From the NCBI GenBank assembly GCA_964035575.1, contig OZ037842.1:372001-436000 (forward strand): DNA of 64,000 nt. Reading direction: 5' to 3'. The position numbers and the translations under genes were made by a program. Below the pieces are notes generated by a model. That model was not told where the DNA came from. It saw nothing but the letters and a program-made list of their open reading frames with translations, and made no database searches. Positions 21,801 to 36,528 of this stretch are shown here, in pieces (position 1 is the stretch's first letter; the number at the start of each line of letters is the position of its first letter). The DNA comes from Rhynchopus sp. YZ270_cl-10. Lineage: Eukaryota.

Positions 21801-24800
21801 GTTCAGCATGCGTCCCTGCTTCACAATGGCCTTGTCCAGGACAGGGTCCACAATTGGGTCAATCTCCTCTACACAGTTCTCGCAGATGATCGTCTGTCCG
21901 TCACGCAGCTGGCACGCAAGCTGGTCGCCAAAGCGCTTGTCCGTGAACTGCGTCACGATCACACCAGCTGCGAACTTCGACCGCAGCCACTTCAGCCCCT
22001 GCCCCTGCGGATCCACGATCAGCGGGAACTTCCCTGTCTTCTTGTTGTTCAGGTTGCTGGTGATCATGATGGCGTTCTGCACGGAGTGGTCGTCCGAGGG
22101 GAGACCTTCGATCTGCCAGTCGGTGATCTGCGACTCTGTGGTCAGGAACTTCACGACAGAGATGTTTTCTGTGACGGGGATCTTGAGCTTGATGCACATG
22201 TTGTAGTAGTGCTCGTTGAGGAGGGTGTGGCGGAACTCTGCGTTGAAGGGTCCGCAGTAGGAGATGAACGCGCACGAGAGGGCGACGTCGCCGACGAGCC
22301 TGCGCACACGCTCTTTGAACTCGTTGGATTGTTGTGTCCAACGTTCCCTCTCGCCGGAGAGCGCGTCAATAAGGCCGTTGGCGGCGTCCATTCTCTTCTT
22401 TGTTGCGAGCGCATCGTCCTCAAGGGCTTGCTTCTTAGACTTCGCACCGTCGAGCTTGGACTGGCACTTCGCACGGTCCTGCTGCACAATGCTCAGCTCC
22501 GCCTCCTTCTCCTCAAGCTTTCTGTTGGCAACACGCAGCTCGGCCTCGGCACCACGCAAAGTCTCCATCTTCGGCTGCACGAACTTCGCAATGCCAATGT
22601 AGTCGTACATCGCACGCACCCACATGCACAGCCCGGCAACATCCTTCGCAGACTTCGTCGCCTGCTCCGTCGTCCACACCTCCATGTACAAGTACGGCAG
22701 CAGCAGCTCGCACGTCTCCTCGTTAATCTGATCCTTGCGGCCCAGTCCTCCTTCGTCCTTCCCCTTGAAGTGAATCAAACGCTCAATAGCCTTCATGTCA
22801 GACAGGAAGCGGCGACCTGCGTCCCACGAGTCGCGGATCCAGAGCCCGCCCTTCTCGGGGACGGCCTCGCAGTGTTTGTTCTCCAGCGGGTCGTGGAGCA
22901 GAATGCACACACCGTCGAGGATACGCTTGACAAGGGCAGGTGGGTTCGCCAGCTTCTTCACATTCTGCAGGGCTTTGGGGTCGATGGAGTCCAACGCCTT
23001 GTTCGCTGCCTCAAGCATAGGCTTTGCTGCTGCCAGGTCCTGCTCGGCGTCGTCCTTCACTGCCTTCACCTTCTTCGCGTCGCGCATCAGCATTTCCTTG
23101 ACAGCACCCACCTCAGACTCCTTCTTCTCTGCCACACCTGTGGCCTCAGTGATCTCCAGCAGCAGTGCGTCTGTCTCCTTGGTCGCCACCTGCAGGTTGA
23201 TCTCCTTCTCCGCAAGGTTGATCTTCATGAGGCGGACGTCCTCTCCTGCCTGGTGCAGCTTCTTCAGACCTCCACCAATGTTCTCAGCAAGCACGTCAAT
23301 CTGGGAGAACTTCTCCTGGTACACAACAAGGTACGACTCAAGGAAGGAGAGGTACGACTTCGGTGTAGAGAACACGGAGCGTCTGAACCGCACGAAGTAC
23401 TCCTCACTCATCTGAAGCATGAGTCTGTGCAGTGCTGCCATGAACTCCATCAGGCGCTGCTTCGTCTGAGCGTCTGTCTCCATCTTGAAGTTCTCAATCC
23501 TCTGCTTGCTGACGTCCAGCAACGCAGCCTCGGGCCAAGGGAAGAACCAGTTGATCACACACCCGGACACCAGCGAAGGGAACTTCCTTGCACGCACACG
23601 GAACTTGTCCCCCACAGGCGACATGCACAGCACGAAGTGCAGGTTCGACCGCACACGGTTTACGAAGAATCTCCACAGCCACTCGCCAGTGTCTTGGAAG
23701 TCCTTGCCAGACTCCTTCTTCGCTGTGATACGGATGTCGTTGATGGCCGAGTCCTTTTCGTCTGTGGAGTACAGCCCGGGGATCTCTCCTGACGACAAGA
23801 AACCGTTGATGTACTCAAGGAAGGATTCGTTCTTGATCTCGGAGTCTGTGAAGATGAAGCACACAGGCCCCTTTGTCCCTGCGTGGGTGTACTGCTCCCT
23901 GAGGTCGTCGAACAGGTTGTTGACGGAGTAGTGCTTGGACACAGTGATCTGGAAGGTCTTGTAGGCGTGGATCGATGCGGAGAGACGTGTTAGACTCTGC
24001 TTTCCTGAACCACCAACACCCACGAGCAGGATGTTCCCACGCTTTGTTGTGAGCACACGCACGATACGGATGATGTGCTTGAGGGCTGCGTGGAAGAGCA
24101 CGAGAGAGAGCTTGCGTGTCTTGTTCTCGCTGGACTCGTTGTAGCGTTGCATGCGCAACTCGAGCTTCTCCTTGAGCGTATCGAGCGAGAGCACCTTCTC
24201 GTAGACCTGCGGTGCTGCCTGCGGCTCGCTGTCCTCCTCAGCCTCCTCCGCATCACGCAGGAAGTCGCACCAGTACGAAGGTGCCTCAACCTGCTGCAAC
24301 ACAGCATCGCCAAGGAACTCTCCAATCGTGATATTCACGTTTTTGTCGTACCACGCCTTGTCATCGTCCGCATTCAGCTTGTCGGAAAACACTCTGCAGC
24401 ATTCGTGCTTCCAAAGGTGCACCAGAGTGATCTCGTCATTAATAGTCGAACGCTCTGTCTTGCAAATACCCTGCACAATATTCGTCAGATCACGCAAGTT
24501 GAAGTTGTAATGGAACTTTGCCGGTGTCGGAAGCATCCTCGCCTGAATCTTCTTCCAGAACGAAATGCTCATCTCCGTCAGCTTGTCTGCTGTGTCCTTC
24601 ACTGCCTGTCCGTAGTTCCCGCATGCACCCGACTGGTGGAACCTGGAGCCCAAGATGACGCCGAAGATCATGTTCAGGGAGGACTCTGCCGGCAGAGGGC
24701 AGCAGAAGATGGCGAAGTGGCGCTTGAGACGGTTGGGGATGTCGTTCTTTCCTCCACCGGGGATAAGCATCGCGCCTGCGTACTGCATGTCCACCAGGTG

Positions 24801-27800
24801 GAAGGACTCGCCGGGCTTCTCAAGCGAGTAGAGACGGCCTTCCTCCACCACCTGGCGCACGATCTCGTTTGTGATCTGGTCCTGCCACTCGTTGATCTCG
24901 GGCATGGCAGTGTCATCGATGAAGAGCGTCAGCTTCTTGTTGCGCTTCGGGCCGTGGTACTTACCCTGACGCTTCTCGACGCAGTCCTGCAGCGCACTCT
25001 GGAACAGCCCAGGCGACGTCATGAACGAGAAGTTGATCTTCTTGAACGTCATCAGCTCGCGGACCTCCTGCTCGATGCGCTCCTGGTTCCCGATGCCGAG
25101 CAAGAAGTTCTCGATGTTGACAGTCTTGGCAGTTCCTGAGCCACCCATGAGCAGGAAGGGTCTCTTGTTCAGGAAGTTCTGGAGCATGAGGAACGACAGT
25201 CTTGTGGAGTCTACGGTCGGGATGAAGAGCGTTGCGAAGTCGTCCGAGATCTTGGCATCGCCGGGGTACGTCCAATCGGGGGTGATGGTCTTCCAGTGCA
25301 CCCAAGAGTCGGACTTCACGTCGACCTTGTACTCAAAGATGGAGTCGTCTTCTGGAATGGCCTTGCAGTGCATGCGCACGAAGCCGTCGGAGAACTTCTC
25401 TCTGTCGGCAGACTCAAGCAGACCTCCAAAGGACCATGTAATAGAGAACCAGAACAGCTTCTCGCACAGACTCTTCGGTGGCACGCCGTCCGTCTCCTCA
25501 AGCAGCGCCACCAGCAAGAAGTACGAGTTGATGAGCATGTGTGCACACCCCGTGGGCATCACAACGGTGCAGTTCTTCGTGTAGAACTTCAGGCAGGCGT
25601 CTGTGTGCTTCTCGTACAGCCCCATGAAGATGTCCGCTGTGTCCTTGTTCAGGACTACCGGGCAGTCCGACGGCACAATCTTCTCCTCTTTGCGCGAGGC
25701 GTACAGCTTCGCACGGATGACAGGGTCCCATGGCTTCCACTCTCCACGCCCGACACCACCTCCAAGCTCTGCATCAGAGACGAACACGATACCTGCCCTG
25801 GAGACTGTTGCAGGGGACGCGTTGTTCAGGTTCTCCGGTTCGAAGCAGACCTTCATGTTGTCTGTCATGTTCAGCCTGTCGCCGGAGGCAAGCGTGAGCA
25901 GCTTGTTGTCGTCGAGCACGGTGTTCAGGTTCTCAATCCAGATGGCGTCGACAGGTCCGTCGCAGACGAGCCACACGGAGATGGGCTTCTTGCCTTCCTG
26001 CTTGCGTGTCTTCGTGCAGGCCTGGCGCCAGAGGGCGGAGAAGATACCGTCGTGCCAGTCGCCGGTTCCTGCATCAAGCTTTCCAAACATTTGGGGTGCG
26101 GTGATGGCCTTCGGGTTCATGCGCATCTCGGAGTGCTTCATACCACCAAGCTTCTCCTCGAGGTCGCACAGCGTCTTCAGGATCATCGAGTAGATCATGG
26201 TCTTCCCGACACCTGCGGGTCCGACAACCATGAGACCGTGGCGCACAAGCTTCGTCTCGTAGAGCTGCACACACTTCGCAACCCACGGCGGGTGGTAGAT
26301 CAGACCTGAGTCAAGGCAGTAGAACTTCATCACCTTCTCAAGCTCCACGTGCACGTTCTTCTCAGGGTTCTTCTTAGGGAACAGATCCTCAAGCAAAGAG
26401 TTGAACAAATCAATGTCATCAAAGACAAGCTTGCTCATGTTCATGTCACGCAGCGTTCTCATGAAGAGGAACGGCTCGTCCTTCACATTCGCCTTCCGCA
26501 GCACAGACCCTGCAGTTCTCAGGACGGAGAGAATGTTGCGCAGCCCAAAGTCGTAGTGGCGCTGCTTCGACAGCTGCTGCTCGCAAAGGTTGTACAGCAG
26601 GAAGAACTTCTGCGACAGCAGGTCGTCCTCTTTGTACCCCTGACCACCCAGCTTCACCTTCATGATAGCCTGTCTGTCGGGAACCATCATGGTAACACCT
26701 CTGAACAGAATCTTCAGGTTCTCAGGCAGCTCCTGTCTCCCGGCGTAACCGGGGTTCATGGTGATGAAGAATCCGACACCAGGCTTGAGGCCGACAATGT
26801 CCTTGTCGGGGAAGACGAACTCGGTTTTGTGCGCCTTCAGTCCGTTCAGGACGGACTGCACCTGCTGTGCGACAACAGACAGCACAGGCAGATCGATTCT
26901 GTTGAACTCGTCGAAGCACCCCCACGCGTTCGCCTGCGACAGCCCCTTGATGATCTTGCCCATGGCTTTGTAGTCCAGCTGGTCAGAGCAGTTCGTCACA
27001 ATGCAGAGCTTTCCGTACGTTCTCGCCAAATCCTTTGTGGTCTCGGTCTTTCCTGTTCCTGCGGGCCCAGCGGGGGCACCACCAAGCTTCATCGCCAAGG
27101 CCTGCGACAACGTGATGTAGCATCTGTCGGTCAACGGGGTGATCACAAGACGCTCCTTCACACCAAGGTATTCATTGCAGTACAGCGTGTCGGCGTCCGC
27201 AATCTGGATGATGACTTCCTCCTTTTCGGGCCTGAAGTAGAAACGTGCTTGCTTGAGCCAGTCGAACGAGGTTCCGTCACGGAGCTTCTTCAGGGGGGTG
27301 TCACCTTTGCCGGGTGGTGCACGCCAGACATCCTGCTGATGGACGTGGATGGTGATGAGGGTCTCGACGTTGGTCCGCTCCATCTTGGTGAGGTCTGTGC
27401 GTGTCAGGTCGATGAGAAGCTCCTTAAGATCGTTGATGCGGTGGTCGGCGTCCTCGCGGAGCTTCTTCTGTTCCATCTTGGATCCGGAGAGGAAGTCTTG
27501 CACGTCTGTCGTCCAGAGGATCTGCACAAGGAGCAAAGAGATCTGTGCGACGTACGTCTTGAGACAAACTGTCTCAAAGTGCTTCAGCTGCTGCTGCAGT
27601 GTCGGCACCTCTGCTGCCGCACGCTTCGCAACTTCCTTCACTGTCAGGCACATCTGGTCGACCAACGCAAGCAGCCAGCACTCCACATTCCCAACACACG
27701 GCACCGCCTCGAGCAATGAGATCGACTCTCCTTCGGGTGAGTGCAGCCACGTAATCTTGATGACACCCGACCCAGACTCACCCTTCGCAGGCTTGAACCG

Positions 27801-30800
27801 CTCAAAGGACACAGACGTAACTCCATCAAAGATGGACTGGATGTTGCCTTGGATTGCAGTCGGGTCAGACGCCTGCGACAGAATGTCCAGCAGCACAGTC
27901 TCAGAGACGAAGTAGAACCGAGGGAAGGCACGTCTCTTCGTCTCAAGGTACGACTGCAGCTGCTTCTGGCATTGGTCGAGCTGGTCCTTCAGGTTGGGCA
28001 GCAGGTCAAGCAGCTCGTTGTCGTAGCAGAAGCCGATGACGTTCTTCTGCTCAGCTGCCTTTGTCATGATCTTGACCCACGTCTTGTCGATCTGTGCAAA
28101 ACGCTTTGCCTCAGCGGGCAGCTGCTTCATGATATCACCACCAGCAAACACCGCCTCAAGCCACACCCATGCAGACTGCACCTCCTGCCAGAGACCCAGC
28201 TTCTCGGACACGGAGGAAAGCTTCGTCATCCATTCGGTGACCTCAGGTCTGAACGGGGCGACGAACCTCGAGGCAAGCATACTCCCCACCTGCAGCTGCG
28301 ACTCCTCAAGGGACTCCTTGATCTGGTTCGTCTCCTCTCCACGCAGGACAAGCTGCCCACGGTGCTTGAACTCACCGAGGACAAGCTCGGTGTCCTTCCA
28401 GTTGCGCTCAATCTCCTTGTACTTGCGCTCGATGTCGGCCTCCTTCTGTGCGGACATCGTGACGTCCTGCACTTCCTCCTCGAAGTTGAGCAGCTTCGCC
28501 TCCAAGATGTTGCCCAACTTGAAGAGATCTTCGTCCAGCTTCCACGACGTGCCGGTGACCTGCATGATCGTCTTCCAGTGGCGCTCACGCATGGCAGGGT
28601 GTGCTAGGGCAGAGATCATCTCCTCAAGACCAAGGAAGTCGTCGATGTACTTCTTCAGTTCCAGGTACGCGTCCCAGGTCTTCAGCGCCTTCGGGAGCTT
28701 GGAAGCCTGCGTCTGGAAGCGGTTGACCTCCTCCACAAGAGAGGCAAAGCCCGCACCACCGCCCTGCTTGAGGTCGATCCACAGCGTCTCGGCGTAGCCC
28801 CTGATCTTCTGGATCACCTTCACGTACAGCAGGTACAGCTTCTCCAGGAGCGACAGCTGCTTCTCCGTCTGTGCCAGCTCGGGGTACTGGTGTACAGGCA
28901 TCCCGAACAGCTCCTCACCAGCCTGGAACGTCGTCCACGAACGCTTGTGGTCTTCGAACAGACGTTGGTATTTGTTGAGGCGCTCCATAGCATCGGAGGG
29001 TGTGATGCCGTCGCACATCGGGCCGTTCTCGTCGAAGTCCTTGCGGAAGTTGACAACAACAGACTGGAACTGGTCGACTTCACGCGTCAGTCTGCTCTTG
29101 AAGCCGTTCTGCAGCTTCGAGATCTCATCGTTGCGCTTCTGTGCCTTGACACGCAGGTTGCGCCAGTGGTGCCAGAGCTCGCCCACCTGCTCCTCCTCGT
29201 CCTTGGGGATCTGCGCGTTGTTCGATTTGAGCATTGCGTAGTTCTCCTGGACAGGTTCAAAGAGGAGGTCCACTTCGGACTCACGTTCGCGGATTTCCTT
29301 CAGCGTGTACATCATCATACGGAGGTCCTCAAGCGAGTCGTCCTCCTTGATGGGGTTCTGCAGGGCTTTGTCGTTCTCGTCCATCTGTGCCTGGATACGT
29401 GCGAGGTCGCGCGATGCCTGCTGGTGGAGGTTCTTTGCGTACTGCGACTTCCAGTCCTGCGACTCGCGTTTGAGGGCGGTCTTGAGGCGTGCCGTGTCAA
29501 GGGAGAGGGAGCCAATGACGTAGGACGGCTGGATGCCCTCGACATCATCTTCCACTGCCTTGTAGCGCTTGAGCTCCTGCTCGAACATCGCAAGGGTAGG
29601 CTCCTGCTCAAGGAACTTCTCGTACTCCTCCTGCTTGTCCAGCACCCACAGGTACTCATAGCGCTTGAAGCTGTTGAGGTAGTCCATGACCTGCTTGTTC
29701 AGTCCGTGGATGCCGCCGGTAAGCAGCAGCACCACCTTCACAATCTCCTTGTTCTTCGCAATCTTCTCAAAGAACGATTCAGTGCCTTCGACGCCGTCCC
29801 AAGGGGAGATGTACTTCGAGCACTTCAAGACTGCCGTTGCAGACTGGTTGATCGCACGCTGCACCTCTTCCAGCGAGGGGTGGAGCAGAACGTGCGGTGG
29901 CGACAGCTCAACGTGGACGTCAAAGAAGGGCTTCCCCACCTGCATGAAGTCGGTGCGGTTGCCACGTGTCCCGACACGCTTCTTGATGAGGTTGAGCGAG
30001 CGTGTGGTCGTCGTGAGGATGGCCTTGAACATCAGGTTGTTGAAGTGCGACTTCAGTGCGACAACGGACGCGGCGCACTCCTCCCTGTTGGGCTGCTCGT
30101 CGGTGGGGTTCGCCTTCTGGCCGGAGAGGATTGTGTTGATGACGTCGTCGGAGGCCTTCTCCACCTCGCAGTTCTTGATGTCCATGATCTCGGACTGCGA
30201 CTTGATGTGCTTCTCCTGCAGCGTCACGAACTGCTCCAACGAGAACGACTGGTTCTCTGGCAGGTTCACCAGCAGGGTCGAAGAGATGAACTTCAGGTTC
30301 GCCTGGATTCTGTTCTGCACGATGTTGTTCACCTGCGTGACGACGACATCGAGCTTGGCGAGCCCTGCGTGCACACGCGCAATGTACCCATCGATGTTCA
30401 TGGACGTCCAGGTCAAGGAGATCTCTCCTGGGCGGATGATGGCGTCAAGCTTCTCAAGGTTCTTCGCCATCAGGCTCTTTGTGACAGGAATGATCCTGTA
30501 CACTACGCGCTCGTACTCCTTGATGGCGTGCGTGAGCTGCCCGTAGAACTTCTTGAACTTGCCCTCCTGCATGAGAACCATCTTCGCCCCTGCCGGAATC
30601 GACACCTCCATCCGCATCAGCGCACGCGTCTCACGGATCAGCTGCAGGATCTCGATGTCGAAGTTGACGTACAGCTTCCCCTCAGAGCGGACCAGCAGCG
30701 TTGCTTGGAGCCCGCTCTTCATGGACGAGATTGACTGCTTCCATGCGTTCAGCCACACAGTCTCGAACTCAATCAGCGCGCGTGCAATCTTGTTGTATGT

Positions 30801-32795
30801 ACGGATGATCTTCTTCGACTCCTTCTGCGAGCCCATGATGCTTTTGTTCTCCTTGAAGTTCTGCATTGGCGACTCAATCCTGCGCAGCAGCTGCCGTCCC
30901 CATGTGATCGACCCAGACACGGGTGTGATGTTGCGCACCATAGGTGGTGCGTGCTTCTGCCTGTCGTACGTCTTCTGCACGTTCTCAAGGTCGAGTCCGT
31001 AGTTGTGGAAGATCACCATGTACTTCGACTCCAAGTCTGACCGCAGCGTCTTCCTGTTCAGGATCAGCTGGAACTTCTTCAGCAGCGCAAGCGCATTCTC
31101 AGTAGACGTGATGTTCTCAAACGAGGAGTTGATAAAGACCTGCAGAGAGCACTCCAGCTCAGCAATGTTCTTGTTGAACTCGATGAAGGCCTTGTCGAAG
31201 GTGGGTGTCGACTGGTCGAGGGGGTCGTGCGACGCCTTCTTCTTGAGCTCCTCGACGTGCTCAAAGAAACGGTCGATGAGACTCTTCATACCATCGATGT
31301 TGTACTCCGAGAGCGACTGGAACTGTTCGATGGTGTCGAAAATCTCAATCAGTTTGTGGACTCTTTTGCAGAAAAGCTCGAACTTTCCGAAGATGTGCAG
31401 CACATTCAACGACGAAAACTGCGGCCCACCGGACTTCTGCTTGAGCTTGTCGGATGCACGCTGGAACTCCTCTTGGTACTTTGCGTTCAGTGAGATACAC
31501 GCCTGGAGCCTTTCGATGAGCGCACGCAGCTGCTCTGCGTCGGTGGTCTGCCCCCAGAGGTGTGCTGCACTTTGCGATCCGTGCTGGCGGATGTCGTTCT
31601 TGCAGGCGAGGATAAGCTGGTTCGTGATCTTGCAGAAGAGCACCATCATATGCGTTTCGGTGCTGTAGTAGCGGGCAATGGTGTACATCATTTTAATGTT
31701 ATTCACAAGCGCGTGCAGCAGGTTGATGATCACTGTCGGCGACTCTTTGTCGAGCGCCTCGAAGTACGACTCCAGGGACGACAGGTAGCGTACGTTCTCC
31801 TTTGCCTCGTTGGACGCGTCGGTCAGCTTTGTGTCTGTCTCGCGCCACGCCTTCACAAACGACGAACGCGCCGCAGTGAGCACACCAATCACCACCTTGA
31901 CCTCCGGTGCCTGCAGCTGCTCTGTCAGGGTGTTGAACTTCGCACAGCGCTCCTTCCACCAGCGCAGCTCTGTGATGGGACCCACCTCCTCCGGGATGTT
32001 CTGCGGCTCTTGGTCTGCGTGGCGGGGACGCTCCTCGATGAGGCGCGTGGAGACGTTGATCCAGTTCTCAACACACGTCTCGACATGACGCACGAGCTTG
32101 ACATCTGACGCTGCCTTGTTGTAGTGCATGCCTGGCGGCAGCGCCTTCATGAAGCTTGCCTCGGGCATGATGACACGCTCAGCATCGACTTGGTCTGTCA
32201 TGAGTTCATCCAACTTCTCGGAGTGGTCCTGGATGCAGAGCTGGAACTGATCGCGTTGCTGTTCACTGGCTTTGCCCCACTTTCCTTGCCTGCGAAGAAT
32301 CGGCTGGTAAATAGCCTCAAGCAGCTGTTTGTGGTAATCCAGGAAGGTGATGTTCGATTTGCCGCTTTTATTGACCTCAAGAATGCCGACGGTGAGCTCC
32401 TGCAGGAAGTCGCTCTCCTTTTGTGCGACGGGTTTGGGGACGCCTTTCTTTGGGTCGTTCGCGGTGCTGCGGATGACGTAGGCTCCGCGTTCCTTCATGA
32501 CGATGGCTTCGCCTGTTGTGACGGTGACTTCGTACTTTCCTTTTGAGATTTCTTCGTGGAAGAAGAGAAGCGTTGCTGGGGTTGCCTTTGGCTTGCCGTC
32601 AATGACTTCACTGGAGCGAAGAAAGTTCTCAATGAGACGGTTATACTCCGCGTTGTCCGCCACAGCAGTCTCCACCTCCTTCAAGGCATCCTTAAAGCCG
32701 GCGTCGTTCTCGGGGCTGGCAGAAACAACGCCAAGAATATCCGCTACTCGCGAGAGCAAATATTTCTTGGCCCCATCAGATATCGGTGCCGTCAT
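18801..32795 (-). CDS. DNAH5: Axonemal outer-arm dynein heavy chain, DNAH5/DNAH8 (gamma/ODA2) type, 4646 aa
   Basis: Four P-loops GPAGTGKT, GPAGVGKT, GGSGTAKT and GVGGSGKQ, plus CFDEFNRI, a stalk coiled coil and QYGGRITD. Exon 1 is 32795-18891, then a phase-0 GTATG..CAG intron (18890-18837), then exon 2 (18836-18801), giving the expected C-terminus HWQ/LRGACLLCTVE*. Confidence 0.95.
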
Positions 32796-35700
32796 TGTAA
32801 AATGGTGTGCTTATTTATTTTAGAATGGGGAAAGAAAAGAGAGAGAAAGAGTGAAGGGAACAGAATTGGGTTAAAAAAAGATACGTCGATTTTTTGGTTT
32901 TTTTGCAAAAAAAAGTCAACGGTTTCAAAAAAAAAAAGGGTAGAAAAAAAAAATGTGGGGTAAATGTGTGCCTGGAGGGTGTTTGACGGTGAGGGGGTAC
33001 AGAAAGGTAATGTGGTGTAGGAGGAATGAGGGTACAACTGCGGCCTCCACTTCTCGGTTGACACATTTTTCCACTAGATGTCTACAGTGAAATGCCAATC
33101 TGGAACTGTGTTTTGTTGTGTTTTGTCGAAGATTGCGATTGTTTACTTAAACCACAGCATGCTTCTGGTGAGTGCCCCTGAAGGTGAAGAACTGCGAAAA
33201 AATGAGTAAAAAAAAGGGGATATTTTGTTTGTTTTTTATTTGTTTTGTTGTTTTTTTTTTTTGTTTTTTGTCTTTTTTTTTTGAGTGGGGGAAAGGGTCG
33301 GGTTTTAAAAAGATCGTGTTTATAAAATATTGGGATAAAATAAGGATGTTTGGTGATGATGTACATTGGGTAAATTTTTGAAAAACTTGGTGATATTAGT
33401 TGCATCGGTGTTTGGGCTCACGAAGATGAGATCCACTATGCCATTTTGTTGTGTCGACAATCACCTAAAACCACCCACCTGAGTAGGTTTTTTACTATTT
33501 GCTCTGCTTTTTGCTTTTCAACAAAAAATGATTTTGAGTTGAATCACTTAGAAATAGCGAAGGCCAACCAAGCTCTCTTTCCTTCTCTTTTCCGCAACAA
33601 TTTTTCTGACTATTAGTATTCCGAAAATTTTGGCAATCAATCTACTCAAGCAGAAAAGCACATTGTTCCAAAAAGAGTGACCAGAAAAGTCCCCCACCAC
33701 CCCCAACATTTTATAAACACAGTTTTTTTTTTTTTTTTGTGCCATTTGCTGGCTTTGCTTTTTTATTGTGAAGATTTCTTTTTTTTAGAGAGTGGATTTT
33801 AAAAAAAACGGCAACATTCACTACTGGGGAAGATCAATGTGGTTTACTATTTTTGTTTGTTTTTCTTGTTTATAAAATTGAATGTTGCAAAAATTTCGCG
33901 CACACAGAACCTAAGGTCTCATTAGGGATACCAATGCACTGGAAGGTGCTCTATGATACATCTCTAGTTCATATCACTGCATATTCCTCCACAATTTCTG
34001 CTGCATGTCATCAACAATAGAACCTGTCTTCGGGATACAAAGGCAGAAGCCAAATAACAAGAGGGAAAAAAGGGGTGGGGTGGGGAGGGGGGATTTTTTT
34101 TTCCAACTATTGCAGGGTACTCCCTTCCGTCATTTATATTTCCCATTTTAAGAATTTTGTGCAAAGAAAAAAAAAGGGGAAAAGAAAAAAAGGAAACAAA
34201 AATAAATACAACACAAACCACAAGAGGGAGAAAAGAGAGTCGGGGGGGGGCACAAATGGGAAACGCCGTTTTTTTTTCCTTCTGAGAAAATCTAAAGAAA
34301 ATCTGTGTTTTTTTTTTTAAATAAACCCCATAATCTGGCTTGGTTTTGGGTAGATCTTTCACAAGAAAAAAAAAACAATGATGTTCTTCTCCCCCACCCC
34401 TTGTGTCTCTCTTACCCCCTCTCTCTCATTTCTGTTGTCGTCCCCCTCCCAATTTCCATTTTTGTTGTTATTTGCTTCCCCCCTGGAAAATCGTCACCTC
34501 ACTGCCCACTTCTTTCACTTCATTTTTTTTTTAAATTTCTTTTGAAGACTTGATAGCAGGGAGGGGGCACAGGGGATGCAGGAGTGTCGTGTGAGTCATA
34601 AGGTATTTTTTTTTTCAATATATTTGTTTTGTTTTTTTTGTTTTTTATTTTATAAAAGTAAAAAAAAGGACGAGAAATGCACTCCCCTCCCCATCTCCCA
34701 TTCCCCCACCCCCCACCTTGCTCCCAAAATTAAATAACACAAAAAAAAAGACAAAGACATCCCTCCCGAATACGAGACGAGATTCGTGGAACAAAAAACC
34801 TACCCCGCAAATCCCCCTCCAATGGTTTCACTAAAAAAAGAGAGAGAAAGACGGCTACCACCGTGACTGTACTTAAAAAGAGAAAATTTTTGAAGAAAAA
34901 AAAATTATAATTTGAACTTGAAAGTGTAAACGCTCTTTTGGGAGACACATACATACCACCAAATAAAAGCACTTAAACAACCCCTGAAACATACTACTTT
35001 TTGAGTGGATATTTTGTTTACACTCACTTCCACCAAAAGAAAATACTGTTTTTTTTTTTTTTTTTTTACCCACTCTTTTCACAAGTGAAAACTTTTGAGT
35101 TCAGTGCATGCGTGCATGCACGCATGGGGGGACCTTCACTGGTAGACCCTTGTTGGGAAACACTTCGCAGGTCCACCCCATATTTTTTTGACAAAAAAAA
35201 AAAAAAAAAAAGTCGTGACAGAAAGAAAAAAGAAAGAGAGAGAGAGAGAGGGGGTGAACTAACCAGAATATATTCAACTCAAAAAAAAAAAAAAAAGAAA
35301 AGAAAAACAAGGACTGACAGAACCCAATATGGGGAGGGGAGGGAAAGGGGGGGGGCGATTGAGGGTTGGGATGGGGGGCCTGTTGCGGCAAATACACAAA
35401 AAAGGAGCGAGAGAAAAAACCTCAGGCAAAAAGAAGTTTTTTTTTTCTTCTTTTTTTGAAAAATTGATATACGCGCAGTCACATTGATTTTTTTTTTCTC
35501 TTGTGATTGTCACGCAGACTTTCAAAAACTTCCCTTATTTTTTAAAAAGGGGAAAATGGTTGAATGGGAAACGACCCGGTACGGGGTTACTCCCCATCTT
35601 CCATTTTTTCACTAATTTTTTTAAAAAGGGGACAGTAAACATAATGTGAAAGGAAGAGGAAAAGAGAACTTGACAAGATGAATGTGTCTGACTGTGCACA

Positions 35701-36391
35701 CCTTGGGGGGGGTGGGAGGTGGAATGGGCGTTTTATTCACTCGCAGGTCTGTTGTGCAAACTCAATAACCTACATCAACAACCGCCCCCTTCAGGCTAGC
35801 TCAACTTCATAGTAAATTTGCTTCGACAGAAAAAAACACAGTTGATGATTGAGTATTTCCTCTAACTAAAAGAATGGAAAAAAAAAATCTGCGTTTTTTT
35901 TTTTTTTTTTTTTTTTTTTTTCATTTTATCTGTCCAACACATCACCAAAGATACTGGGTGGAAAATGTACTGGAAATCAGAAAATTGAAGATCTTTTAAA
36001 AAAATGAAGGTAGCAAAAAGAATACTGAAGAACTCTGGCAAGCAAATACAAAAAAAACTTTGTGAGGAAGAACGAAAAGAGGGGGAGAAAAAGGTGCGGA
36101 TCGAGCGGTGAGGAAGATGAAGGGGGAAAATGTCTGTACAACCAGCATTCCCACCCTACACCATGAGAACCCACTCACCACTGATACTGTGGGTTATCCC
36201 TGCGAAGTCGGAATATCACGCATGGAGGGGGGGCGCTCACGTCACAGTTGATAACCCTGAGGTCATTTTCTGTGGTGAAACACTATATATTTGACGCTGA
36301 CTGCTCTCTTCAGTCTTCAGCTCAAATTGCAAACTCAAAGAGGCTGTCCGCATGCTCTTACCCCCTGGGTGCCCCTACCTTCACACTGCGG

Positions 36392-36528
36392 ACTAGTCAG
36401 AGAAGACTACTAGTAGTGCTACTCGTCCAAATGACTAGTGTTTTACAACTAGTGTTACGCCAGTAACACCACCAGTGTAGCACTAGTCGTTACGACTAGT
36501 AGTTTCACTAGTAGTTCACCTGACTAGT
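36392..36528. repeat. Cluster of eight ACTAGT palindromes, probably a transposon subterminal remnant
   Basis: ACTAGT at 36392, 36409, 36434, 36448, 36482, 36495, 36507 and 36523. Confidence 0.6.

Noticed and set aside
18849..32963. Many + strand ORFs up to 724 aa overlapping dynein (likewise over the 49-60 kb gene)
   Set aside because: Antisense shadows of a codon-biased CDS; no independent motifs.
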